64,000 bases of DNA from Bacteroidales bacterium. Its GTDB lineage: Bacteria; Bacteroidota; Bacteroidia; Bacteroidales; GCA-2748055. Of the stretch, positions 29,340 to 39,054 are shown in pieces. Position 1 is the first letter of the stretch. The number at the start of each line of letters is the position of its first letter. Location of the stretch: the NCBI GenBank assembly GCA_023138875.1, contig JAGLOO010000047.1, positions 26,056-90,055 of the forward strand, written 5' to 3'. The notes under the pieces were generated by a model. It was given only the letters and a program-made list of their open reading frames with translations. It was not told the origin of the DNA and did no database searches. Made by a program: the position numbers and the translations under genes.

Positions 29340-30221
29340 TTAACCCAGGGTAAAAAGAATAAGGGCAACAGCTGAAAGAATGATGCCCAACCAGTTGAGT
29401 GGCAGCAGACGCTCTCTGAAGACCCATAGTCCTATGAGCACACTGAGCCCCACAATGCCAATATTGTTTACTCCGAAAATTGCCGAACCGTTTACACCTG
29501 AACCTGCAGGAGATATAAAATTCAGGGCGCGAACGAGGAAAAAGATAGAGCCGAAGTTGACACTACCCAGCAGTAATCCCCATCCCCAGATGGCCGGATT
29601 GAGGAATCTGCGATGATACTTAGGATAAAAGACCAGAATAGCGATCCCCGTTAAGAAGGCATTAAGGAAGAGAATTGCGCTAAAAAGAGCTGTATCACTA
29701 TCGCATACATAATGATGCTGTGCATATTTTACCAGTGAGTCAACAAATCCCATTCCAACAAACAGGATTAAAGGGATGTAAATAGCCGCCCGATCAAGGG
29801 AGCCCTGACGGGGTTTATATACAGTCATTGCCACACCACTGAGGGTGCAGATGATCGCAGCTGTTTTAACCATAGTTAACTGGTCGGAAGGATCAATGAT
29901 CAGTGAAAGGAGGATGGGAAATATTACCGACATTTTGCTGGCAACAGTGGTAACCGAAATCCCGGCTTTCCGGGTGGAAAATGCGATAATAAAAAACAAA
30001 ATGATGAACAACACGCCGATGATCAAGCTTATAGGAAGCCAGTCCATTTTCCTGATGGTGGATACGCTTACCTGCTGAGGGTTTATAAGAAATCCCAGAA
30101 GGGCGGCAACCAGGTAATTGATCACAATAACAGGGAATGAGGGAATGCCGAACCGGTCAATGGATTTGAAAATTATAAAAATGCCAGTGGAAGAGAGTAT
30201 GCAGAGGATTAAAAAGTGCAT
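29340..30221 (-). CDS. DMT-superfamily (EamA-like) transporter
   Basis: 293 aa and about 10 TM segments arranged as two 5-TM halves. It abuts the yigZ-like start. Confidence 0.65.
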   Translation of the reverse strand: MHFLILCILSSTGIFIIFKSIDRFGIPSFPVIVINYLVAALLGFLINPQQVSVSTIRKMDWLPISLIIGVLFIILFFIIAFSTRKAGISVTTVASKMSVIFPILLSLIIDPSDQLTMVKTAAIICTLSGVAMTVYKPRQGSLDRAAIYIPLILFVGMGFVDSLVKYAQHHYVCDSDTALFSAILFLNAFLTGIAILVFYPKYHRRFLNPAIWGWGLLLGSVNFGSIFFLVRALNFISPAGSGVNGSAIFGVNNIGIVGLSVLIGLWVFRERLLPLNWLGIILSAVALILFTLG

Positions 30222-30236
30222 TCAGACCTATGGGTT

Positions 30237-30266
30237 AAAAAAAAACAGGTCCCCCCGGAACCTGTT
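30237..30266 (-). terminator. Intrinsic terminator after dnaA
   Basis: The minus strand reads AACAGGT-tccgggggg-ACCTGTT followed by T9, 11 nt after the dnaA stop. Confidence 0.75.
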
Positions 30267-30276
30267 TTCGTTGTTG

Positions 30277-31698
30277 TTACATTTTTAACTTTTTTTCGAT
30301 TTCGTCGACCTGTAGTCGAAACCGTTTATCTGTTTCAATCAGATTGTTCACTGTTTTACATGCATGGAGAACGGTTGCATGATCCTTTCCTCCAATCTGG
30401 GATCCAATGGTTGCAAGGGAGGATTTTGTAAGCGACTTGGAAAAGAACATGGCCACCTGTCTGGCCTGGACAATCTCCCGTTTGCGTGTTTTTGACTGAA
30501 GTTGTTCCAGTCCGATGTTGTAATAATTACAAACCACTTTCTGGATATAATCGATGGAAATCTCACGCTTGGTGCTCTTAATGAGCTTATCAATCATCTC
30601 CTTGGTCAGATCCAGGGTGATCTCTTTCTTATTCAGGGTTGATTGAGCAAGCAGTGAGATCAGTGCGCCTTCCAATTCCCGGATGTTGTCGGAAATGTGA
30701 GTTGAAATATACTCCAGCACCTCTTCCGGCAGGACAATCCCGTCATTGTATGTTTTCTTTTTCAGGATGGCCATCCGTGTTTCAAAGTCAGGAGCCTGCA
30801 GATCAGCGGAAAGGCCCCACTTAAATCTGCTCAAAAGCCTGGACTCCATACCCTGCAATTCAACCGGAGGCTTGTCGGAAGTCAGAATCAGTTGTTTACC
30901 GCTCTGGTGAAGGTGGTTGAAGATATGGAAAAATGTGTCCTGTGTTTTTTCCTTTCCTGCAAATTCATGCACATCATCGATAATCAGCACATCGATCATC
31001 TGGTAGAAATGGAGAAAGTCATTCTTGTTGTTGTTCCTGATGGCATCCACAAATTGTGTCTGGAATTTATTGGCATTGACATAAAGAACCGTTTTTTCAG
31101 CAAATAACTCTTTTACTTCTATGCCAATAGCCTGCGCCAGGTGTGTTTTGCCCAATCCGCTCTCACCATAGATAAGGAGTGGATTAAAAGCTGTACCTCC
31201 GGGATTTTTTGCTACTGCGTATCCGGCCGATCTTGCAAGCCTGTTGCATTCACCTTCAATGAAATTTTCAAAGGAGTTTTCCGGATTTAGCCTGGGATCA
31301 ATTTCCAGCTTTTTTAATCCCGGAATCACAAATGGATTTCTAATGGTGTTTTGTGTGTTGTCCATGGGAATGGTGACCGGAATATTCTTGATTTCCTTAT
31401 TGTTCTTAGCCGGAAACCTGACCGTATAGGGTTTGCTGTTGCTGTACGAGTTATTCTGCATCACCACATTATACTCCAGCTTGGCGTCCGGGCCTAACTC
31501 TTTCTTAACTACTTTGCGAAGGATATCAATATACTGTTCTTCAAGATATTCGTAAAAGAAAGGGCTGGGAACTTGAATGGTTAATACATCATTGTCAAGC
31601 TTCAGTGGAACAATAGGCTCAAACCAAGTACGATAACTTATTGAAGGGACGTTGTCTTTGATTACATTCAGACAATTGTTCCAGACACGTTCATGCAT
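30277..31698 (-). CDS. dnaA: Chromosomal replication initiator protein DnaA
   Basis: Walker A GESGLGKTHL, box VII and sensor motifs, and a C-terminal DNA-binding domain (DHATVLHACKTV). Confidence 0.97.
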   Translation of the reverse strand: MHERVWNNCLNVIKDNVPSISYRTWFEPIVPLKLDNDVLTIQVPSPFFYEYLEEQYIDILRKVVKKELGPDAKLEYNVVMQNNSYSNSKPYTVRFPAKNNKEIKNIPVTIPMDNTQNTIRNPFVIPGLKKLEIDPRLNPENSFENFIEGECNRLARSAGYAVAKNPGGTAFNPLLIYGESGLGKTHLAQAIGIEVKELFAEKTVLYVNANKFQTQFVDAIRNNNKNDFLHFYQMIDVLIIDDVHEFAGKEKTQDTFFHIFNHLHQSGKQLILTSDKPPVELQGMESRLLSRFKWGLSADLQAPDFETRMAILKKKTYNDGIVLPEEVLEYISTHISDNIRELEGALISLLAQSTLNKKEITLDLTKEMIDKLIKSTKREISIDYIQKVVCNYYNIGLEQLQSKTRKREIVQARQVAMFFSKSLTKSSLATIGSQIGGKDHATVLHACKTVNNLIETDKRFRLQVDEIEKKLKM

Positions 31699-32055
31699 TG
31701 CAAACGTCGGTTTTAGGTTCAGGTTAATATGTTAAAAGCTTTCGGGATTCCCTTAAGCAAAGATTGTGAAAAAAAAGTAGAAAAAAAATTCAAATTCACT
31801 TAAAAATCTCAGAATAACTATATCAGTTTTAAGGTCAATTCTTTATAGATTGAAAAAAAAATGATATTTTTTATTTATTTGATAATCAAGACTATACCTA
31901 AATTTATTCCTAAAATAATCTTAATAAATTGTAATTTAAACCTTTAGCTGACCCAATTCAATATTTGGTTTAATGCAGATGTCCGAGATTGAGGCACATT
32001 GGTCAATAGAAAATGCTAAATGGTCAAAAAAGATGAATGTTTATTCTCTTCAAGA
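31699..32055. other. AT-rich dnaA upstream region (dnaA promoter, possible oriC/DUE candidate)
   Basis: 357-bp non-coding region with several A8-A9 tracts. There are only degenerate DnaA-box-like words and no perfect TTATCCACA. Confidence 0.3.
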
Positions 32056-32994
32056 TCACTGATTATCCTTTTTCGATTTTCCAAACAGTGAAATCTGAAC
32101 ATAATCCTGTGGATTTTCATTCAGGTCCCTGACCAGTTTATCAAGATCTGAGATGAGGATTTCCATATTCAGGTAAAGACTGTCAGAGTAAATTAATTTG
32201 CCAGCATTTCCTTCTCCTGAGTTGATGTGTTCAAGGAGAATATCGAACTGGTTGGTAACCGAGAGCAGCTTTTCAGCGAGCTGATCTATACCTGAACTGT
32301 CCACAGATTGGCTGATGGAGTTTAAATGCCGGATTAGTGAGGCCATCTCATCCTGTTGGGCTTTTAACATGGCTGAGAATGACTCCATATTCCTGAAGCT
32401 CTGATCCAGAGCGCCTCCCGTATCCAGGGAAGTCTTGAGGGACTTTGAAATGGAGGAGAGGTGCTGCATGGTCTCCCTGGTCGTTTCTGAACCCAAAAGC
32501 GTATCCAGTCTATGAGCAAGCGTGTCGAGCGAAACAGCAAGGGTGTTGATCTGCTGCATCACAGGAATGATCTGAGCCTGCAGGGCGGTAAGTAAATCCG
32601 GCTTCACCGAAGTCAGGATGGTATCGTTGTCCTTAAAGTATCGTTCGTTTTCCGATGAAGATATCCTGATGGCCTTTGTCCCCAGCAGATCAGCACTGTA
32701 TAATTCTGCTCGAGAATCCTTCCGGATGGGGTATGCTTTATCGATACTCAGGACTGTTTTGATGGGAGGGATCTCTCCCGGAAGGAGCTGGACTTCATTC
32801 ACGAAACCTATTTTTACACCGTTCATAAGTACAGGTGCAGTGGATTCAAGTCCGCCTGCATGGTTATAAAATGCATGAAGGGTGTAAGTACTGCTGAGGA
32901 TGTTTTTACCCTTCAGGTAATTAATCCCCCAGATGAGGATGGCGATGGTTGCAATGCCTATGACCCCTACTTTTGCTTCACTGCTGATCTTCAT
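32056..32994 (-). CDS. MlaD/MCE-family protein
   Basis: The ATG at 32994 gives MKISSEAKVGVIGIATIAILIWGINYLKG, the typical MlaD N-terminus. An MCE domain and a helical tail follow. The track start at 33024 would overlap the upstream gene. Confidence 0.8.
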   Translation of the reverse strand: MKISSEAKVGVIGIATIAILIWGINYLKGKNILSSTYTLHAFYNHAGGLESTAPVLMNGVKIGFVNEVQLLPGEIPPIKTVLSIDKAYPIRKDSRAELYSADLLGTKAIRISSSENERYFKDNDTILTSVKPDLLTALQAQIIPVMQQINTLAVSLDTLAHRLDTLLGSETTRETMQHLSSISKSLKTSLDTGGALDQSFRNMESFSAMLKAQQDEMASLIRHLNSISQSVDSSGIDQLAEKLLSVTNQFDILLEHINSGEGNAGKLIYSDSLYLNMEILISDLDKLVRDLNENPQDYVQISLFGKSKKDNQ

Positions 32995-32995
32995 G

Positions 32996-34165
32996 TTACC
33001 TGTTGATTTCAATAATGGCATCATTCAGAGGGATGAGTTTTCCATTTTTTAAAGCCACCACGAACGCATCCGGAAAATCATCCTTTACTACCAGGCACCT
33101 GTCAAGGGCTTTGCGGTAGCTTACTTCCTGACCCACTATATATTTAAACCATCTTCCATCCTGCACCACCATCACTTCCTTCTGACCTTTAAAAGAAGAC
33201 GGATCGGTGGATATTTTGTTTTTTGAAGAGGCAATCTGGATGCTGAATACGACCTGGTTTGCCGGGAGTACTGCAGGTTGAACTTCAACCCCGGGTGCCT
33301 TCTCAATTACGGACTCTTCCCTGACCACTGAAGAGAAGTTACTGCGGCGGTCAATTTCTTCCTTATATTCCCTGAAACCGCGGTATATGGCCGATGCAAT
33401 GACGTCCTGTCCGTACTCAGTCATAAGGTATTTTTCTTCCTCCGCATTGGAAATAAATCCTGTTTCGATCAATACACCCGGCATGGAGGTTTGCGCCAGG
33501 ACCAGGAGTCCCTGCTCGCGAACACCAAAGTCCCTTCGCTGAGCCCTCTCCTTGAATTGTTTCTGAACGAAAGCACCAAATTCTATGCTCTGCTTGAAAT
33601 ATGTTTTTTGCATCAAAGAAAACATAATATAGGATTCGGTCGATTCAGGGTTGAAGCCTTCATAGATGGTTTTATAATCCTCTTCGAGCAGGATCACAGA
33701 ATTTTCCCTGACAGCCACATCAAAATTCTCATCTGAACGATGCTGGCCAAGAACCAGGGTAAGGGTACCACGGGCGGATGTACGCGTATGGGCATTCACA
33801 TGGATGGAAATGAACAGGTCGGCTTCAGCTTCGTTGGCTATTTCTGCACGTTTCCAGAGATCAACAGCAACATCGCTCTTCCTGGTATAAATAACACTTA
33901 CATCCTTCATGTTCTCCTCCACATAATGACCCACCTTGAGCGCAATGGCAAGGGCAAGGTCTTTCTCCTTTGCTATTTTACCTACAGCTCCAGGATCCTT
34001 ACCACCATGTCCGGCATCGATCACAATGGTCCGGATTCTCTTGCCCACACCATTGTCACCACTGCCTGCTGCAAATAATGTGCAACAGAAAGTCAATAAT
34101 GTTGAAACAAGAATTGTCTGAAATGACCGTTTTATATTTATTGGCATTACCTTTGCATTTAGCAT
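32996..34165 (-). CDS. N-acetylmuramoyl-L-alanine amidase (AmiC-like) with a C-terminal SPOR-like domain
   Basis: Amidase_3 motifs are present (IVIDAGHGGKDPGA, LFISIHVNA, ETGFISN). The C-terminal ~80 aa are SPOR-like (VVFSIQIASS...). The track start at 34174 is a GTG, and ATGs occur at 34165 and 34147. Confidence 0.85.
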   Translation of the reverse strand: MLNAKVMPINIKRSFQTILVSTLLTFCCTLFAAGSGDNGVGKRIRTIVIDAGHGGKDPGAVGKIAKEKDLALAIALKVGHYVEENMKDVSVIYTRKSDVAVDLWKRAEIANEAEADLFISIHVNAHTRTSARGTLTLVLGQHRSDENFDVAVRENSVILLEEDYKTIYEGFNPESTESYIMFSLMQKTYFKQSIEFGAFVQKQFKERAQRRDFGVREQGLLVLAQTSMPGVLIETGFISNAEEEKYLMTEYGQDVIASAIYRGFREYKEEIDRRSNFSSVVREESVIEKAPGVEVQPAVLPANQVVFSIQIASSKNKISTDPSSFKGQKEVMVVQDGRWFKYIVGQEVSYRKALDRCLVVKDDFPDAFVVALKNGKLIPLNDAIIEINR

Positions 34166-34236
34166 GTATACCACGTAATACCTGGTTAGTCCGGGTATCA
34201 GAGGACAACCTGTACAAAATTATAAGTTTATTCAGA

Positions 34237-37002
34237 TTGCACTACGACCATATTAAGATATTTTTCATCATCTTACTAACTGTTTCCGCCAGTAGATTAT
34301 TGTATGCGCAACAGCCTGATTCTCTGGATGCTGTTGATGTCCGAGCTTTGACAGATAGCTTACTATTACCGGTCGATTCGCTGGGACATGAAGAATCTTC
34401 AGTCCTTCAATCCGACTCTGTTCTATTCGATGAACCACCCCGGTTCACGATTGATAGCTTAACCGGGGATACCATTCCGGTTCCGGCGGCTGCAGGGAGT
34501 GACATTGCAGCGGAAGTGGATTATAATGCTATTGATTCGCTTGTATTTTCATTGGATGGAGGCACTGTGGAACTATATGGTGGTGCCCATATTACATATG
34601 AGGATATCGTACTTGAAGCAGATTATATTCGTTATGAAATGGATGAAAACCTGGTCATAGCCCACGGACTTGCCGATTCGTCGGGTAACATAGCCGGGAA
34701 TCCTGTCTTCACAGATGAGAATAATTCATTTAATTCGAAGCTGTTAAGATATAACTTCAGGACGCAGAAGGGATATATCGAAGAGGTTATTACAGAGCAG
34801 GAGGGGGGATACCTGCATGCGGAGCAGACAAAAAAGCAGGCCAACGGACATATCCATCTGAAAGATGGTAAGTATACTACGTGTGATGCCGAGCATCCCC
34901 ATTTTTACATTGCTTTAACCAAGGCCATTTCCATGCCAGGCGATAAGATTGTATCCGGACCCGCATATATTGTCCTGGCCGATGTACCCCTGCCGCTCGG
35001 TATACCATTCGGTTTTTTTCCAAATTCCAAAACAAAGACATCCGGGCTGCTTATACCCCAGTATGGTGAAGAGCAACGCAGGGGGTTTTACCTGAGGGAT
35101 GGCGGTTATTATTTTGCCATGAACGATTACATGGACATGAGGATTACCGGTGATATCTATACCAACGGGACCTGGGGTGTACGTGTGGGGAGCAATTACA
35201 AGCTGAATTATAAGTTTTCAGGAAACCTGCGGTTGCAGTATTTTAAAAATGTTACCGGATACAAAAACATAGAAGGCCTGTACAGCGTGAGCAGGGATTA
35301 CTCCATAGGATGGAGTCACAGTCAGGATTCAAGGGCCAATCCAACGAGTTCATTCAGGGCCAGTGTGAACCTTACCAGTTCTGCCTACGATAAAAACCAT
35401 ACCAGGAACATCAACAGCGTGATGACCAATACCAAACAATCCAGTATATCATTCCAAAAATCCTGGCCAAACAGTCCTTTCAATCTAAGTTCATCTGTAA
35501 ACCATTCCCAGAATAGCAACACCAAAGGAGTAAGTATGACCATGCCAAAAATATCGCTGAATATGGCACGGATCAATCCATTCAAAAGGAAGTCAGCAAC
35601 AGGACCTCAGAGATGGTATGAGAATATCCAGTTCAGTTATACAAGTATTCTTGAGAACCGGATCAGTACGTATGATTCTCTTCTGTTTACCAGTAGTGTA
35701 TGGGACGATATGAAAAACGGGTATAAACACACGATCCCCTTAAGTCTTAGTATCAAGCCATTTAGAAAGGTGCCCGTGTTACAGAGTTTTGCAATTACGC
35801 CATCCATGAATTATAAAGGCATGCTCTACACAAGGCAGACCTATAAATTTGTTTACGATCATGATGAAACCACTGGCAGGCCTCTTGTCACAGACTCACT
35901 GATCAATAAGTTTTCTTATGCACAATCGCTCTTTCCCAGCATCGGTTCCGGATTTGCACCCAAGGTTTATGGAATGTACCAGTTTGCGGGCGATGGAAGG
36001 TTGGAAGCCATCAGGCATGTGATGACCCCATCCGCCAGTTTTTCATTTGTTCCCGATATGACAGCCATCCAGGCAGATTACTACAGGGCTGTGTATGATG
36101 AGGTGAATAACGATACTGTTGAAGTCTATTCCATTTATGAGGATCAGATCTATGGAACTCCCACGTTCAATGGGGCATCCGGATCGCTGAACCTGTCGTT
36201 GCGGAACAACATTGAGGCCAAAATGAGGTCGAAAAACGATACGGTGGATGAATTGGAAAAGGTCAAGCTCCTGGATAATCTCAATTTCAGTACCAGCATG
36301 AATCTCTTCCATACCGACACCCTGACCCCACGATGGCGGCCAGTAAATTTCAATGGAAATACCCGCCTGTTCAACAATAAACTGAACCTGACATTCAGGG
36401 GGGTCCTGGATCCTTTCGGATTTGATTCAACCCGGTCCAGAACGGCAGAAACCTATTTTTCACAGACAGGCAAAGTGGTCAGGCTAACCAATGCCAGTAT
36501 TTCCGCGGGATTCACCTTCAAATCAAACTCGGGAAAAAAAGATGATGACAAAACAGACCGGCCCGATGTGAACCGGGAGTCCCGGTTGAACAATCCTGAT
36601 ATGGACGGAAGGGATCCGGCGACGGGATATGATCCGGCAGCAGACGATTATTATGGGGATTATGTGGATTTTGATATACCGTGGTCGCTTCGGATCGATT
36701 ACAGTTTCAGCTATTCCAAACCGAAATATGATTCCAGAGTAGTTCAGACAGTCCGGGCATCGGGTGATTTTAGCCTGTCTCCCAATTGGAAGATCGGATT
36801 TAATTCAGGGTATGACCTGGACCGCAAGCAATTTACCACCACCAATCTAAGTATTTACAGGGATTTACATTGCTGGGAAATGAGGATTTCAGTGGTTCCG
36901 TTTGGTACCTACAAGTCATATAACTTCCAGATTAATGCGAAATCATCCATCCTGTCAGACCTGAAATATAACAAGAGAAAGTCCTGGCATGACGATTTTT
37001 AA
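34237..37002 (+). CDS. lptD: LptD-like LPS-assembly outer-membrane protein
   Basis: OstA-like N-domain (VELYGGAHITYEDIVLEADYIRYEMDENLVIAHG), a large beta-barrel, and a C-terminal ...SWHDDF. The start is uncertain. The signal peptide (H)IKIFFIILLTVSASRLLYAQQ is preceded only by TTG (34237) and ATT (34252). The upstream in-frame ATGs overlap the divergent amidase gene. Confidence 0.7.
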   Translation: MHYDHIKIFFIILLTVSASRLLYAQQPDSLDAVDVRALTDSLLLPVDSLGHEESSVLQSDSVLFDEPPRFTIDSLTGDTIPVPAAAGSDIAAEVDYNAIDSLVFSLDGGTVELYGGAHITYEDIVLEADYIRYEMDENLVIAHGLADSSGNIAGNPVFTDENNSFNSKLLRYNFRTQKGYIEEVITEQEGGYLHAEQTKKQANGHIHLKDGKYTTCDAEHPHFYIALTKAISMPGDKIVSGPAYIVLADVPLPLGIPFGFFPNSKTKTSGLLIPQYGEEQRRGFYLRDGGYYFAMNDYMDMRITGDIYTNGTWGVRVGSNYKLNYKFSGNLRLQYFKNVTGYKNIEGLYSVSRDYSIGWSHSQDSRANPTSSFRASVNLTSSAYDKNHTRNINSVMTNTKQSSISFQKSWPNSPFNLSSSVNHSQNSNTKGVSMTMPKISLNMARINPFKRKSATGPQRWYENIQFSYTSILENRISTYDSLLFTSSVWDDMKNGYKHTIPLSLSIKPFRKVPVLQSFAITPSMNYKGMLYTRQTYKFVYDHDETTGRPLVTDSLINKFSYAQSLFPSIGSGFAPKVYGMYQFAGDGRLEAIRHVMTPSASFSFVPDMTAIQADYYRAVYDEVNNDTVEVYSIYEDQIYGTPTFNGASGSLNLSLRNNIEAKMRSKNDTVDELEKVKLLDNLNFSTSMNLFHTDTLTPRWRPVNFNGNTRLFNNKLNLTFRGVLDPFGFDSTRSRTAETYFSQTGKVVRLTNASISAGFTFKSNSGKKDDDKTDRPDVNRESRLNNPDMDGRDPATGYDPAADDYYGDYVDFDIPWSLRIDYSFSYSKPKYDSRVVQTVRASGDFSLSPNWKIGFNSGYDLDRKQFTTTNLSIYRDLHCWEMRISVVPFGTYKSYNFQINAKSSILSDLKYNKRKSWHDDF

Positions 37003-37076
37003 CTGCTTACTCTTACAGTGGCTCACATATATACCAGTTTTTTTTTCATTTTAACACTACTTAAAACTAAGAAAAG

Positions 37077-38444
37077 ATGAAATTCAGAAACACACTTATC
37101 GCTCTTGTTTTATTTCAGGCACTTGGTGTGACAGCTCAATTGCCTGTAGAAACACCGGAACAAAAAGCGGAGAGGTTGCAATGGTGGACCGATGCGCGGT
37201 TGGGAATGTTTATTCACTGGGGTTTGTATGCTTCGCCTGCAAGGCATGAATGGGTAAAGAAATACGAGAGGATCAGTGATGAAGAGTATCAAAAATATTT
37301 TGATCTGTTCAACCCGGATCTTTATGATCCGCATAAGTGGGCGAGGATGGCTAAAAAAGCAGGTATGAAATATGCTGTGATCACCACCAAACATCATGAA
37401 GGATTCTGTCTGTTCGATACAAAATATACAGACTATAGTGCAACCAATACCGCGTATGGCAAAGACCTGATAAAGGAATGGGTGCAGGCCTTCCGTGATG
37501 AGGGTCTGGGAGTCGGATTCTACTACTCACTGATCGACTGGCACCATCCTGACTATACCATCGACAGCCGTCATCCTCAAAGCGCCGAAACTGACGAGGA
37601 ATATGAAATGCTCAATGAAGGCAGGGATATGGATAAATACAGGAAGTATCTTAAGGACCAGGTCAGAGAGTTGCTTACCAATTACGGAAAAGTTGATATC
37701 CTCTGGCTCGATTACTCTTTTCCAGGAGAACATGGAAAAGGAAGGAATGACTGGGATTCGGAAAATCTGTTACAAATGGTCAGGGAATTGCAGCCAGGCA
37801 TTATTGTAAATGACCGCCTTGACCTGCGGAATGTTGAAGGAGGCTGGGACTTTACAACACCAGAACAATACAAGGTCACACGATGGCCGCATCGAAACAG
37901 TGTGCGGATTCCATGGGAGACCTGCCAGACCTTTTCCGGTTCCTGGGGATATTACCGGGACGAGACTACCTGGAAGGGTAACAAACAGCTGCTTGTACTG
38001 CTTATCGAATCGGTGAGCAAGGGTGGAAACCTGCTTCTTAATGTCGGACCAACAGCCAGGGGAACCTTCGATTCCAGGGCACAGGAAAGACTTGAAGGAA
38101 TGGGGGAGTGGATGCAATATAACAGTCCCTCAATATACAACTGTACACAGGCTCCCGATGAATTCATCCGACCTGATAATTGCCTGCTTACCTATAATCC
38201 GGAAACCAGGCGCTTGTATGTTCACCTGCTGGATTATCCACTGAAAAGATTTTACCTGAAAGGATTTGCCGGAAAAATTAAATATGCCCAGTTTTTGCAT
38301 GACCGTTCGGAGATTCATTTCGGAAGCCCCAGGAAAACAGTTACCTATAACGAGAAGCAGGAGTCCGAAGATATTATATTAATGCTCCCGGTTGTAAAAC
38401 CAGACATTGAGATCCCGGTCATAGAACTTATCCTGCATGACTGA
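37077..38444 (+). CDS. Alpha-L-fucosidase (GH29)
   Basis: Signal peptide followed by WWTDARLGMFIHWGLYASPA..., KYAVITTKHHEGFCLFDT and the GGNLLLNVGP motif. Confidence 0.9.
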   Translation: MKFRNTLIALVLFQALGVTAQLPVETPEQKAERLQWWTDARLGMFIHWGLYASPARHEWVKKYERISDEEYQKYFDLFNPDLYDPHKWARMAKKAGMKYAVITTKHHEGFCLFDTKYTDYSATNTAYGKDLIKEWVQAFRDEGLGVGFYYSLIDWHHPDYTIDSRHPQSAETDEEYEMLNEGRDMDKYRKYLKDQVRELLTNYGKVDILWLDYSFPGEHGKGRNDWDSENLLQMVRELQPGIIVNDRLDLRNVEGGWDFTTPEQYKVTRWPHRNSVRIPWETCQTFSGSWGYYRDETTWKGNKQLLVLLIESVSKGGNLLLNVGPTARGTFDSRAQERLEGMGEWMQYNSPSIYNCTQAPDEFIRPDNCLLTYNPETRRLYVHLLDYPLKRFYLKGFAGKIKYAQFLHDRSEIHFGSPRKTVTYNEKQESEDIILMLPVVKPDIEIPVIELILHD

Positions 38445-38454
38445 AAGTTTACTT

Positions 38455-38979
38455 TTAAAACGCATATCCTAAACTGACTCCCAAAAAAGGAGTAACTGAT
38501 AGATTTTCTAAAAAGTGTTCTCCTGAAAGATAAATCAACGGATTTGCATAAGCCCTGAAAACCAGATTGTTTTTGAAGTTTTTTCTCCATCCGATAATAG
38601 GGGAAATATGATAAGAGTTTATAGTTTCAGTGTAACCTGATGAATTACTTTTACCGCTCCAGAAGTTTCCACCGATACCAAGTTCCAGAAAGCTGCTTTT
38701 CTTACCCAGGTTGAAAGTGACTTGGTGTGGAAGCGAAATTCCACCAATAAATGGAACGGTTCCTATTCCAACAGAAGTGTTAATAAAATAGTTTGATTTA
38801 ACTGCCAATATTCTGCTGTAATTTACTGAGAGGAACAACCCTGTCCCGCCAATTGTTAGATCAACTGAATTCTTTCTTTCTAAAATCTTCTTCAAATCGC
38901 CATTGTTTTCCTGACTATATACGATAGGTGATAACAAAAGGCAAAAAGCGATGAGACTAAATCTTATTTTCTTTTTCAT
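38455..38979 (-). CDS. Small outer-membrane beta-barrel-like protein (hypothetical)
   Basis: Signal peptide MKKKIRFSLIAFCLLLSPIVYSQ, G/S/N-rich strands, and a C-terminal ...GVSLGYAF. Confidence 0.5.
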   Translation of the reverse strand: MKKKIRFSLIAFCLLLSPIVYSQENNGDLKKILERKNSVDLTIGGTGLFLSVNYSRILAVKSNYFINTSVGIGTVPFIGGISLPHQVTFNLGKKSSFLELGIGGNFWSGKSNSSGYTETINSYHISPIIGWRKNFKNNLVFRAYANPLIYLSGEHFLENLSVTPFLGVSLGYAF

Positions 38980-39001
38980 TTTTTCACATTGTTATTAAAA
39001 C

Positions 39002-39042
39002 ATAATTTGCCCTTATGCTTGTAAGGCATAAGGGCAAATTAT
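39002..39042. terminator. 17-bp perfect inverted repeat (hairpin/terminator) between the lipoprotein and OM-barrel genes
   Basis: ATAATTTGCCCTTATGC-ttgtaag-GCATAAGGGCAAATTAT. T-rich sequence follows on both strands (GTTTTAAT on minus, GGTTTTAT on plus). Confidence 0.6.
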
Positions 39043-39054
39043 GGCTGGTTTTAT

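Noticed and set aside
33970-34236. N-terminal extensions of ORF-track models (also 50070-50180, 60515-60721, 25881-25970, 11258-11317, 49648-50079 upper part)
   Set aside because: The extensions start at the farthest upstream ATG/GTG/TTG. They overlap divergent genes or promoter regions and encode non-homologous, low-complexity sequence. Canonical N-termini or signal peptides begin at internal start codons.
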